From: Polyangiales bacterium
GTDB lineage: Bacteria; Myxococcota_A; Polyangia; Polyangiales; Ga0077539
NCBI GenBank assembly: GCA_044229975.1
Contig: JBGARZ010000019.1
Span: 96,001 to 160,000 of the forward strand
DNA length: 64,000 nucleotides
Direction: 5' to 3'
Positions within the stretch are counted from its first letter, which is position 1, and each line of letters begins with the position of its first letter. Below are positions 1 through 9,037 of the stretch, in pieces. The notes below the pieces were generated by a model. That model ran no database searches, was not told the origin of the DNA, and was given only the letters and a program-made list of their open reading frames with translations. The position numbers and the translations under genes are program-made.

Positions 1-263
1 ACCGGGTTCCAGACGGGGAGGAGGTCCCAGCCGACGGTGACGCGCGCATAGTGGTCGAGGCGCTGGCGGGAGTAGGTGTTGTCGGGGTTGGTCAGCGACG
101 CTTCGAGGCTGCGCCGACGGTGCGCGGGGTCATCGAGAAAGCGTCGGGCTTCATCGAGCAGCCACGGCTCGCTCCAGCGACCGGGCGCGGACGCGGTGTG
201 GGTTCGCTCGCGACAACCGAGGAGGCAGAATACGGCCGCGACGATGGGCGACCGTCGGTTCAT
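1..263 (-). CDS. Putative lipoprotein, N-terminal part only (runs off the window edge)
   Basis: Manual translation from ATG at 263 gives MNRRSPIVAAVFCLLGCRERTH...SLTNPDNTYSRQRLDHYARVTVGWDLLPVWNP. Lipobox LLGC, no stop before position 1, 4 nt downstream of the 268 stop. Not in the ORF track. Confidence 0.7.
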   Translation of the reverse strand, partial: MNRRSPIVAAVFCLLGCRERTHTASAPGRWSEPWLLDEARRFLDDPAHRRRSLEASLTNPDNTYSRQRLDHYARVTVGWDLLPVWNP

Positions 264-267
264 GCGA

Positions 268-903
268 TCAGGTCACGACCTCGGGCGCGCGCATCAGCTC
301 GCCCGAACGCAGCACGAGCGTCTGTCCGTTGACCTCGACGGTGACCTCCAGGCGATAGGCGCGGCCGTAGGTGCTCCACGTGTTGCCGCCGCCGATGGCA
401 GCCCAGTTGGGGGCGGTGAGCTTGTAGCTGCCGCGGGTGTCGCCGTACTCGGTGAGGTTGCCGTCCCAGGTGACGTACTGCGAGCCCGTCCAGCGCTGCG
501 GCTCGCGCGCGGTGAGCACGTCGAGCTGCGCATCGTTGGTGGCGTCGAGCAGCCGAACGCGGGTGACGACCACCGCGCGCGCGGGCGCCGGGGTGACGGG
601 CGTTCCGACGGCGGCGAGCGTGAAGTTGATCTGGAGGTTGGTCTGTCGGCAGAAGGGCGTGCCGCACGCCCGGTCTTGCTGGCCGCCCGCGTCGACGGAG
701 AGCTGCGCGCAGGGGGCGGCGGCGCCCGACGAAGCGGTGGGGCAGTTGTCGGCGAGCGACGCGGCGGCGATGGCGGCGGTGACGGTGACCGCGGGGTTCG
801 TCTGCGCGTCGGAGGCCGCGTCGGTCTCGGGGACCGTGAGCGCCGTGCCGCCCGAACAGGCCGAGAGGGCGAGAAGAACAAAGGGAAGAACGCGACGCAT
901 CAT
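268..903 (-). CDS. Hypothetical lipoprotein
   Basis: MMRRVLPFVLLALSAC lipoprotein signal; GAGG Shine-Dalgarno upstream; Cys pairs and a beta-rich C-terminus. Confidence 0.75.
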   Translation of the reverse strand: MMRRVLPFVLLALSACSGGTALTVPETDAASDAQTNPAVTVTAAIAAASLADNCPTASSGAAAPCAQLSVDAGGQQDRACGTPFCRQTNLQINFTLAAVGTPVTPAPARAVVVTRVRLLDATNDAQLDVLTAREPQRWTGSQYVTWDGNLTEYGDTRGSYKLTAPNWAAIGGGNTWSTYGRAYRLEVTVEVNGQTLVLRSGELMRAPEVVT

Positions 904-947
904 GGTGGACCTCGTGGATCGCAAAGGGAGTCTGCCTCTGGTTCTTG

Positions 948-963
948 AGCGAGAGGCGTGCCA
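948..963 (-). promoter_or_regulatory. Putative sigma54 (-24/-12) promoter
   Basis: Minus strand TGGCACG-CCTC-TCGCT versus consensus TGGCACG-N4-TTGCW, 45 nt upstream of the 903 ATG. Confidence 0.55.
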
Positions 964-1021
964 TCGCGCAGGGCGAAGAACGCAGGGAATCAGCGTGTGA
1001 CGGGTTGTGCCAGGGGTGTGG

Positions 1022-2137
1022 CTACGGCGCGCCCGGACCCACGTCGACGAAGTCCCCGACCCCAGTGCCGATCACACCCGCCCACCGGCTCAGCGGAACG
1101 CCGTCGACGAGGGTGGAGTTCCACCGCAGGAGCCAGGTGTGGTTTTCGGAGGTGATGAAGTAGCTGCGCAGGCTGGTGCCCGCGAGGCGCTGCCGCGTCG
1201 CCAGCAGACCCTGACCGAACTCCTCGGCGGTGATGTCTCCCTGTCGCGCGCAGTCGCCGCCGTGACCCCAGGAGAAGAAGTACCGGGGCGAGGCGTCGCC
1301 CATCGCGCTGATGAGCCCGAGCCGACGCGTGGGGTACTTGCGCGCGAGGAAGTCCGTGAGCCGCGAGAGACCACCACCGTCGGCTTGAGCACGGCACTCG
1401 GTGCAGTCGGCGGGGAGCGTGGCGTCGAGGTTCCAGAGCGTGCGCCAGGTGCGTTGCAGGCACGGGGCGAGCACGTCGTCGCCGAGCGGCGGACCCGAGT
1501 CGTTGAGCAGCGAGACGTCCGTGGTCGGGCCGAACGCCTGCGCGATGCCGTCGTAGTGCCAGGCCGCGCCGAAGCCACCGGCACTCAAGCCGGTGACGAG
1601 CACGCGACCCACACCGCGGAAGGTCGGCAGCAGCCGCCGCAGCGCGACGCGCACGTTGCGGGACCCGACGAACACCCGGCGCGTGCCGCCGATGACGACG
1701 CCGTCGGGGTTGTCGCCCGCGTGGGCGTCGCCGGTGCAGTACCCGATGTACGCGTAGCTCCAGTTGCGGAACGCGTTGTTGGTGTCGCTGCGCGACAGGG
1801 GCCCCACCGCGCTGGCGAGCCGCATCTCCGTGCGGAAGGCGGTCTCGACGAAGCCGTTGGCGTGCAACACGCTCGCGCAGCTCTCCTCGTTGAAGCAGGC
1901 GCCACCGCCCATCAGGAAGATCACGAGGCCCTCGGCGTTGGGCACGACGTTGACGCCGATGCCCGTCGGCGAGCCGTCGATGCAGCGCATGCCCTCGATG
2001 GGAACCCACGCCCACTGCCGCGGCTCCGCGACGACGATGGGGCTGTCCGGGCCCACGGTGGCGGGCGGCGCATCGGTCGTGTCGCCGCAACCGACGAGGA
2101 GTGCGGTCAGCCCTGCCACGAATCGACGAGAGTTCAC
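1022..2137 (-). CDS. Pectinacetylesterase/Notum-like family hydrolase, lipoprotein
   Basis: Motifs CIDGSP, GGGACF, YCTGDAHAG, nucleophile GLSAGG and a C-terminal His; lipobox LVGC; GTG start overlaps the upstream TGA (GTGA). Confidence 0.8.
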   Translation of the reverse strand: MNSRRFVAGLTALLVGCGDTTDAPPATVGPDSPIVVAEPRQWAWVPIEGMRCIDGSPTGIGVNVVPNAEGLVIFLMGGGACFNEESCASVLHANGFVETAFRTEMRLASAVGPLSRSDTNNAFRNWSYAYIGYCTGDAHAGDNPDGVVIGGTRRVFVGSRNVRVALRRLLPTFRGVGRVLVTGLSAGGFGAAWHYDGIAQAFGPTTDVSLLNDSGPPLGDDVLAPCLQRTWRTLWNLDATLPADCTECRAQADGGGLSRLTDFLARKYPTRRLGLISAMGDASPRYFFSWGHGGDCARQGDITAEEFGQGLLATRQRLAGTSLRSYFITSENHTWLLRWNSTLVDGVPLSRWAGVIGTGVGDFVDVGPGAP

Positions 2138-2814
2138 CGCGCACTCCGCACGAGGTCGGTGACCAGCGCGTAGTGGCAGGCGCACGCGACCACCGTCAAC
2201 GTGTGAAACACCTCGTGGTAGCCGAACACCGCAGGCACCGGGCTGGGCCGCTTGAGCGCGTAGGTGACGGCGCCGAGGGAGTAGACGATGCCGCCGCCGA
2301 GGAGCAACGCGAGGTGCGCGGGGGAGAGCGCGGCGCGCACGGCGCCGAAGTAGGGGACGACGGTCCAGCCGACGAAGAGGTAGAGCGCGGCGCTGACGGG
2401 CTTCGGGGCGCGCACCCAGAAGATCGACTGCAACACACCGAGCGCGGCGGCGATCCAGACCCAGAAGAGAAGGCGCGACCCGGCGGCGTCGCCGAGGCCG
2501 AGGCGGCAGATGGGCGTGTACGTTCCTGCGATGAGGACGAAGATCGCGGCGTGGTCGAGGCTGCGCATGAACGCGCGGGGCTTCGGCTTCCACGTGGGCC
2601 GGTGATAGACGGCGCTCACCGTGAACAGCGTGCAGACGCTCAGCGCGTAGATCAGCGCCGCGAAGGCCGCGCGCGATGTGGGCGCCATCCCGACGAGGAC
2701 GACGCCCGCGCCGAAGGCCGCAACGGCGCTCCAGTGATGGATCACGCCGCGCAGGGTGGGCTTGACGGGAGGAGCGCTCGCCCCGGTGGTGGTCATCGGG
2801 GCAGTCTCCAACAT
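2134..2814 (-). CDS. Hemolysin III / PAQR family membrane protein (TrhA/YqfA-like)
   Basis: KPTLRGVIH, SAVYH, RSLDHAAIFVLIAGTYTP and FGYHEVFH motifs; about 7 hydrophobic segments. Confidence 0.92.
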   Translation of the reverse strand: MLETAPMTTTGASAPPVKPTLRGVIHHWSAVAAFGAGVVLVGMAPTSRAAFAALIYALSVCTLFTVSAVYHRPTWKPKPRAFMRSLDHAAIFVLIAGTYTPICRLGLGDAAGSRLLFWVWIAAALGVLQSIFWVRAPKPVSAALYLFVGWTVVPYFGAVRAALSPAHLALLLGGGIVYSLGAVTYALKRPSPVPAVFGYHEVFHTLTVVACACHYALVTDLVRSAR

Positions 2815-2816
2815 TC

Positions 2817-3716
2817 TCAGTCGAGCGTCGGGTCGTACTCGCCCAGTACGGTGTTGTCGATGAGCCGCGTGGCGCCGATCTTCACGGCCACCGCGAGCAC
2901 CGCGCGTTGCCCCGCGGAGAGCGTCGCGGGGGGCGCCGTGAGGTCGTCGGCGTCGCGGAGCTCGACGTAGTCGATGCTGTCGACCGACGTCGTGAGGCCC
3001 CGTGTGACCGTGTCGAGCAGGGCGGCCGTGTCGCGCTCGCCCTTGGCGTAGCGGGCCCGCGCAGCGCGCAACGCGGTGGGGATGGCGACGGCGCGTTGGC
3101 GGTCGGCGGTCGCGAGGTAACGGTTGCGGGAGCTCAGCGCGAGGCCGTCGGGCTCCCGGATGGTGGGGAGCCCTACGATCTCGGCCGGGAGGAAGAGGTC
3201 GGTGGTGAGGCGCGAGATTACCCTGAACTGCTGGTAGTCCTTGCGGCCGAACACTGCGACGCAGGGCCCCGTGAGCGCGAGGAGCTTGGTCACCACGGTG
3301 GCGACGCCCTCGAAGTGGACGGGCCTGCTCACGCCGCACATCGGACCGGCGAGCTCGGGGACGCGCACCCGGGTCTGATCGCCCGCCGGGTACATCTCCG
3401 ACGGTGGAGGGGCGAACACGGCGTCGACCCCGACGGAGGCGCAGCGGGCGACGTCGGCGTCGAGCTCGCGGGGGTAGCGGGAGAAGTCCTCGTTGGGGCC
3501 GAACTGCGTCGGGTTGACGAAGATGGACACCGCGACGAGGCCGTCGGCTCCGACGCGCCGACGGGCTTCCTCCATCAGCGCGAGATGTCCGCGGTGGAGC
3601 GCGCCCATGGTCGGGACGAGCGCCACCCGGCGACCCTCCGCGCGCGCCTTGTCGCAGGCGTCGCGGAAGGCCGCGGCGGTGGGGATCACCGCGGGCGATT
3701 CAGTGGGTCGGGCCAT
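2817..3716 (-). CDS. panC: Pantoate--beta-alanine ligase
   Basis: [40 protein letters not shown] and TRLIDN motifs. Confidence 0.97.
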   Translation of the reverse strand: MARPTESPAVIPTAAAFRDACDKARAEGRRVALVPTMGALHRGHLALMEEARRRVGADGLVAVSIFVNPTQFGPNEDFSRYPRELDADVARCASVGVDAVFAPPPSEMYPAGDQTRVRVPELAGPMCGVSRPVHFEGVATVVTKLLALTGPCVAVFGRKDYQQFRVISRLTTDLFLPAEIVGLPTIREPDGLALSSRNRYLATADRQRAVAIPTALRAARARYAKGERDTAALLDTVTRGLTTSVDSIDYVELRDADDLTAPPATLSAGQRAVLAVAVKIGATRLIDNTVLGEYDPTLD

Positions 3717-4584
3717 ACGACGCCGGCGCGTGGCGGGGGAGGAGGGCGTCGGCGCTGCGGGGCTCGGCGGGCAGACCGAAGCTGTGCTCGGGGCCCGGGA
3801 AGACGCCGCCGCGCACCTCGTCGATGTACGCCCGCGTCGCCTCGGTGCCGCGCTGAAAGAACTCCTCGAAGCGCTTCACGAACTTCGGTCGCATCGTGTC
3901 ATTGAGCCCGAGGAGGTCGTAGCTCACGAGGATCTGCCCGTCGCACCCGACGCCCGCGCCGATGCCGATGGTGGGTACTTCGACCGCGCGCGTGATGCGC
4001 TCGGCGAGCGGCGCGGGGACGCCTTCGACGACCACCGCGTAGGCGCCGGCTTCGCAGACCGCGATGGCGTCTTCGAGGATGGCGTCGGCCGCGTCGTCGT
4101 TGCGCCCCTGCACCTTGAAGCCGCCCATGGCGTGAACGCGCTGCGGCATGAGCCCGACGTGCGCCATCACGGGGATGCCCATGCGAACCATGCGGCGGAT
4201 GACGTCGGCGATCTCCTTGCCGCCTTCGAGCTTCACGGACTCCGCGCCGCCTTCCTTCATGAGTCGGCCCGCCGCGATGAGCGCCGCGTCGGGGGACGCC
4301 TGGTAGCTCATGAAGGGCATGTCGCCGATGACGTGGGCGTTGCGCGTCCCGCGGGCGACGGCGCGGCAGTGGTAGATGACCTCGTCGAGGGTCACCGGCA
4401 GGGTGCTGGTGCCCCCTTGGATGACCATGCCGAGCGAGTCGCCGACGAGGATGGCGTCGACGCCCGCGCCGTCGAACATCCGCGCGAAGGTCGCGTCGTA
4501 GGCGGTGACCATCGCGAGCTTGTCGCCACGCCCTGCGGAGGACTTCCGCGCGCGCAGCTCCGGGACCGTGATCTTGGACGGCAT
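3700..4584 (-). CDS. panB: 3-methyl-2-oxobutanoate hydroxymethyltransferase
   Basis: [42 protein letters not shown] and PKFVK motifs; start set at MPSKIT. Confidence 0.97.
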   Translation of the reverse strand: MPSKITVPELRARKSSAGRGDKLAMVTAYDATFARMFDGAGVDAILVGDSLGMVIQGGTSTLPVTLDEVIYHCRAVARGTRNAHVIGDMPFMSYQASPDAALIAAGRLMKEGGAESVKLEGGKEIADVIRRMVRMGIPVMAHVGLMPQRVHAMGGFKVQGRNDDAADAILEDAIAVCEAGAYAVVVEGVPAPLAERITRAVEVPTIGIGAGVGCDGQILVSYDLLGLNDTMRPKFVKRFEEFFQRGTEATRAYIDEVRGGVFPGPEHSFGLPAEPRSADALLPRHAPASYGPTH

Positions 4585-4730
4585 CGGAGAACCAGTGTTT
4601 CTGTCGGTCACGGCCGTCGTGATAACGGTCCGCGCCAACGAGCCGAGATGTAGCACCGCCCTCGGGCGTTGGAAACGGGGGGCGCTCACGCCGGTCGCGT
4701 GGTCTCTGCGCCGCGTATCATCGGCGCCCC

Positions 4731-5708
4731 ATGAGCTCGCTACCCGACCTCGCCCGCGCCGCCATCGCCTTCGAGCAGAACATCCGCTTCCTCGCGCCGA
4801 CTCCCACCGTCGCGGCGCTCGGGCCCGACGTCATCGAGTTCGCCCGATCGCGCTACGGCGCGCACCTCGCGGCGCTCGCTCCACACGCCGCTGCGCCGCT
4901 GCCCGAGGCTCGCGTGGAGGTCGTGTCGGGTATCCCGGCGGTGTGGCGACGCATCGGGCTCGCGGTGCCCGGTGATCCGTTGCCCGCGATGGCGACCACG
5001 GCGGACCCGACGACTCCGACGGCGCCGCCTTCGATGATGAGAACGGACGGTCCGAGCATCGTGATGCCCGACGCGATGCACGCGTGGCAGAAGGCGCGGG
5101 ACAAGGCGTGGAGCAGCGCCCCCGAGGCGATGCGCCGCGACCCGAAGACCCACGATCGGCTGTGCGAGCTGGGCACGGCGATGGGCGTGAAGTCGTCGCA
5201 GACGGACCCGTACCACCACCTCGCGGAGGTCGTGCGCGAACCGCTTCGCGTGGCGCGTTGGGAGCATCCGGGGCGCGGCGCGAGCGAGCACGTTCCGGCG
5301 GTCATCGAGCGGCCGCACGAGGTCGCGTCGCGGATGCTGGAGGCGCACCTCCATTGGGTCACGGCCTTCGGTGATTCGTTGGCCTCGCCGTGGTGGCCTG
5401 CCATCGAGCTGTGGTCGCTCGGTCTGTGGTCGCTGGTGGCGCCCGACGGGGTGTTGGTGTTGTTCGCGCCCACGGTGCACGAGGGGCGGGTGGTCTTCGA
5501 TGAGGCGAACCCGCCGGCGCCGTGGCCGAAGATCGGGTTTCGTACGTCGGGCATGAGGCACGACCGCTGGGAGAGCTTCGACGCGTACGCCAATCTGGTC
5601 ACCCACGCGGGCTTCGGCCCGGTCCCCGGGGAGTTCTCGGTGCTGCATGGCAACCCGCCAGGGCCGTCGTTCGGTGGCGGTCCCGGACCGGGACCGGGGC
5701 CGCGCTGA
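4731..5708 (+). CDS. Hypothetical protein
   Basis: 325-aa ORF with coding-like codon usage, divergent from panB; TATCAT 9 nt before the ATG; GP-repeat C-terminus. Confidence 0.7.
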   Translation: MSSLPDLARAAIAFEQNIRFLAPTPTVAALGPDVIEFARSRYGAHLAALAPHAAAPLPEARVEVVSGIPAVWRRIGLAVPGDPLPAMATTADPTTPTAPPSMMRTDGPSIVMPDAMHAWQKARDKAWSSAPEAMRRDPKTHDRLCELGTAMGVKSSQTDPYHHLAEVVREPLRVARWEHPGRGASEHVPAVIERPHEVASRMLEAHLHWVTAFGDSLASPWWPAIELWSLGLWSLVAPDGVLVLFAPTVHEGRVVFDEANPPAPWPKIGFRTSGMRHDRWESFDAYANLVTHAGFGPVPGEFSVLHGNPPGPSFGGGPGPGPGPR

Positions 5709-5743
5709 CGGTCGGTCGCGACGGGCCTCAGGCACTGCGGCGA

Positions 5744-5894
5744 GAGAAGCCGCAAGGGCGCAGGGGTCGCAAGGGAGAGGGGACGGTGGTGGTGCTCGAA
5801 ATGTCACCCGCGGTGAGCGACTTCGTTCGCCCCCAAACCTTTCGTGACACCAGATTCCGTCTTCCTTGCGACCCCTGCGCCCTTGCGGCCTCTC
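5744..5894. repeat. Intergenic inverted-repeat element (REP/MITE-like), copy 1
   Basis: 33-nt arms at 5744-5776 and 5862-5894 with 2 mismatches; perfect 26-nt core GCCGCAAGGGCGCAGGGGTCGCAAGG; related copy at 54864-54973. Confidence 0.85.
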
Positions 5895-5924
5895 CTCCGA
5901 TGACGGCCTATGATCCCGCCGGTC

Positions 5925-7367
5925 ATGCGCTCGCTCCCCATCGCCGTCGCCATCGCGCTTACGGCTGCCTGCCACCATCCGCCCGTCGCCACGCTACCGC
6001 CGCCGCTGCCACCGCCACCACCAGCGCCACCGTCGCTGCCCGCGTCACCCATGGTGCATGTGCACGTGCGGCTCGACACCGCGCAGCCCGCGGTCGGCAG
6101 CCTGTTCGTCACCTGGCTCACGACCGACGAGTGGACGGCCCTCTCGGAGCGCGGAGCCCTCGGACCCATCGTCGACATGATGCCCCGCGCGGTCGTGACC
6201 TCCGCCCGACTGGGCGCGGGCGAGGCCCCCGTCGACGTCGCGCTCCCTGGTGCGGTGCCCGATGGCGCGGTGACCTTCGCGGTCTTCGACACGCAGCACC
6301 GCTTCTTCGACAACCTCTTCGGCAATGACGTTGCGGGCGACGCGCTGGGTCGCGGCTTCGTCACCGACCGCGCCTCCGAGCTGCGACTCAGGACCATCGG
6401 CGCCCCACGACCGGAGGCCGATCGCTGCGTCGGTGACCGCTGGCAGCGCCTCGTCGTGGAGTCGCCCGACGTCGCCGGGTCCATCGGCAACCCGACGGCG
6501 CGGCGGCTCTGCGTGCGCCTGCCCGCGAGCTATGCGACGGCGCCCCGGCGGCGCTACCCGGTGGTCTATCTGCTGCCCGGATTGATGGGCAACGAGGACG
6601 CCGCGCGCCACGCCGACGACGCGCCCGACGGCGCCCGCGAGGCGATCTACGTGGGCATCGACACGAGCACCCGCGCGGGGTCGAGCTACCTCGTCGACGG
6701 ACCCGTCACGGGCGCCTGGGAGCGCTTCATGATCGACGGGGTGGTCGCGACCGTCGACGCGCGCTTTCGAACGATCCGCGACGGGCAGGCGCGGGCGCTG
6801 GCGGGGCACTCGACGGGCGGCTTCGACGCGGTGTCGCTGGCGATGCGTCGGCCCGAGGTGTTTGGGGCGGTGGGCGCCTCGTCGCCCGACGCGCTCGACT
6901 TTGCGCACTGGATGCTCGGCGAAGACGGTCGCGCCCGTCCGCTGTGGCTCGGGTGGGTCCGCGTCGAGGATGCGGTCGGCCCGCCGGGGCAGTTCGCGAG
7001 CTACGGCGCCGACTGGTCGCCCGATGCCAACGAGCGGCGCGGATACGCGTGGCCGGTGGACCTCGCGACGGGCGAGGTGGTCCCCGCCGTGTGGTCGCGG
7101 TGGCTGACGCACAGTCCGGTGACGTGGCTCGACCAGGCCGACGGGCTGGCGCGGGCGCGTCGCCTCGCGGGGCGCATCTACCTGACCTGCGGGCGCGCCG
7201 ATGAAGCACGGCTCTTCGAGCCGACAGAGCGCTTCGCCCAGGCGCTCGATCGGGTGGGCATCGCGCATGTGTGGGCGCCGCGCGAATGGGGCCACCTCGG
7301 GCATCGGCGCGAGCGGTGGGAGCCGCTGCTGGCGCACCTGCTGTCGGTGATGACCGCCGCGCGGTAG
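5925..7367 (+). CDS. Alpha/beta-hydrolase, putative esterase (Fes/antigen-85-like), lipoprotein
   Basis: Lipobox TAAC and Pro-rich linker; LPASY...RRYPVVYLLPG, GHSTGG nucleophile elbow and a C-terminal GH. Confidence 0.85.
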   Translation: MRSLPIAVAIALTAACHHPPVATLPPPLPPPPPAPPSLPASPMVHVHVRLDTAQPAVGSLFVTWLTTDEWTALSERGALGPIVDMMPRAVVTSARLGAGEAPVDVALPGAVPDGAVTFAVFDTQHRFFDNLFGNDVAGDALGRGFVTDRASELRLRTIGAPRPEADRCVGDRWQRLVVESPDVAGSIGNPTARRLCVRLPASYATAPRRRYPVVYLLPGLMGNEDAARHADDAPDGAREAIYVGIDTSTRAGSSYLVDGPVTGAWERFMIDGVVATVDARFRTIRDGQARALAGHSTGGFDAVSLAMRRPEVFGAVGASSPDALDFAHWMLGEDGRARPLWLGWVRVEDAVGPPGQFASYGADWSPDANERRGYAWPVDLATGEVVPAVWSRWLTHSPVTWLDQADGLARARRLAGRIYLTCGRADEARLFEPTERFAQALDRVGIAHVWAPREWGHLGHRRERWEPLLAHLLSVMTAAR

Positions 7368-7376
7368 CGCGCGAGC

Positions 7377-7943
7377 CTATTGGTGGTGGTCGGCCACGGC
7401 GTAGCGGCCGAAGAGGTTGAGGTACCGCTCGCCGAAGCGCACGAGGGTGACGTCGTCGAGGGAGACGCGGGTGACGGCGCCTTCGAGCGTTCCGTCGACG
7501 TGGACGTAGTGCATCGCGACGCTGTCGACGTCGTCGTCGGGGACGAGCTCGCCCAGGAAGAAGCCCGAGCCGTCGCCGCGCTCGCACTCCACGATGGCGA
7601 AGCGGTGCTTCGCGCGAACGGCTGCCATCACCGCGCGCCACGAGCTCAGCGGGAGGTCGGGCGTGGTGAGTCCCTCCAGCGATTTTTCCCCGTGCAGCAC
7701 GCGGCGAAAGAAGCGCTCGGCGCTGCCGTTGCGCACCTCCGTGAGGTCGCGCACGCGCATCACCGCGAAGCCATCGAGGTCGAAGTCGTGGAGCGTTCGC
7801 ACCAGCAGCAGGTCGCCGTCGAGCGAGAGGGGGAAGCCGTTCCAGGTGGGGTTTCCGGCGAAGCCACGCGCGAGCTGAACGTTGTCGCCGCGATCGATCG
7901 CCCGCTCCAGGGCCGCGACGATCGCCTCATGGTCGTCTGACAT
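7377..7943 (-). CDS. Hypothetical protein
   Basis: 188-aa globular ORF from MSDDHEA; TACGGT box 8 nt upstream. Confidence 0.7.
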   Translation of the reverse strand: MSDDHEAIVAALERAIDRGDNVQLARGFAGNPTWNGFPLSLDGDLLLVRTLHDFDLDGFAVMRVRDLTEVRNGSAERFFRRVLHGEKSLEGLTTPDLPLSSWRAVMAAVRAKHRFAIVECERGDGSGFFLGELVPDDDVDSVAMHYVHVDGTLEGAVTRVSLDDVTLVRFGERYLNLFGRYAVADHHQ

Positions 7944-7989
7944 CGGCGCGCACCGTACACGATGCGGGGCTGCGCTATCGTGGCGACCG

Positions 7990-8898
7990 ATGGAGCCCCC
8001 GTGGCCGGTCTGGATCCCGTGGCCCCTGCTCGTCGTCGGCGCGACGCTCGGCGCCGTGTATGTGTTTCGTGTCATCGGGGCGTCCATCAACGCGGCGGTC
8101 TTCGCGATGGTGGTGCGCAAGCTCCTGGCCGCGGCCAATGTCGACCGCACGCTGAAGCTCTGCCGCGCCGCGAGCCCCGCGCCCGTCGCCGCCGCCGTAC
8201 ACGCCGCCGTGGTCGCGTGCGGGAAGGGCATCGCCCACGACCACTCCGCCGCGGACTACCGCAGCGCCGGCGACCTCTCCCCCGAGCGCGTGCTCGCCCC
8301 GGTGCGCGCGGCCTACGACGCGGCCTTCGCGGCGTCCGCGTCACGTGTCCGCTACGCCCGCTACGCGGCGATCGTCAGCGCGTTGCTGCTCGTCGCGGCG
8401 CTGGCCCTCGCGTTGTCCCACCCGTCGGGCGAGCCGCTGCCCGCGGTCGGGGCCGGCCTCGGCCTGCTCCTGCTCGCGTGGGCTGCGCTGCGGGAGCGCG
8501 CCATCCTGTTCTCGCGCGGCGCAACCTACGTGGTGCTCGCGGAGGGCTTCGACACGCTCATCCGTGACCCGTCGCGCGTCCCGGTCGCGACACCGCTGAC
8601 GCGCGTGCGGGTGGCCTTCGAGGTGAGCGAGCCGGGGCGCCCGATGCGCGTGGTGGAGTCCGACTCCGACGTCATCAAGATCGGATCGATGGAGACCGCG
8701 CAGGTGTGCCTCGACGCGCCGGGCGTCTCTCGCATGCACGCGGTGGTGGAGTGCGCGGACGACGGGTTCTCGGTCATCGATCTCGGTGGCCGACCGACGA
8801 CGCGGGTGAACGGCGAGGCCGTGAACAAGCGCGAGCTCTCCGACGGCGACGTGCTCTCCATCGGCGACGCCGAGCTGCGCGTGCGGCTCTACGGCTGA
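7990..8898 (+). CDS. Membrane protein with a MotA/TolQ/ExbB-like segment and a C-terminal FHA domain
   Basis: TM helix, then INAAVFAMVVRKLLAAANVDRTLKLC, two more TM helices, then FHA motifs IKIGS, VSRMHA, DLGG..TRVNG and GDVLSIG. Confidence 0.8.
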   Translation: MEPPWPVWIPWPLLVVGATLGAVYVFRVIGASINAAVFAMVVRKLLAAANVDRTLKLCRAASPAPVAAAVHAAVVACGKGIAHDHSAADYRSAGDLSPERVLAPVRAAYDAAFAASASRVRYARYAAIVSALLLVAALALALSHPSGEPLPAVGAGLGLLLLAWAALRERAILFSRGATYVVLAEGFDTLIRDPSRVPVATPLTRVRVAFEVSEPGRPMRVVESDSDVIKIGSMETAQVCLDAPGVSRMHAVVECADDGFSVIDLGGRPTTRVNGEAVNKRELSDGDVLSIGDAELRVRLYG

Positions 8899-9037
8899 CG
8901 ATCTGCGCTCTCGGGTGGTGGGCTCCTGCGCGCCGTCCGGTCGCAGTGCCCCGCGCCGAGCGGGTCGATGGACGTCGCGGCGCAGCTTTCAGGTGCATTC
9001 AGGTCGAGGCCCCGATCGACGCTCGTACCGTTGGCCG

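Noticed and set aside
4585..4730. Possible pan RNA motif or riboswitch upstream of panB
   Set aside because: Only a weak short hairpin is visible and I could not match the tandem-hairpin consensus. An Infernal/Rfam scan is needed.
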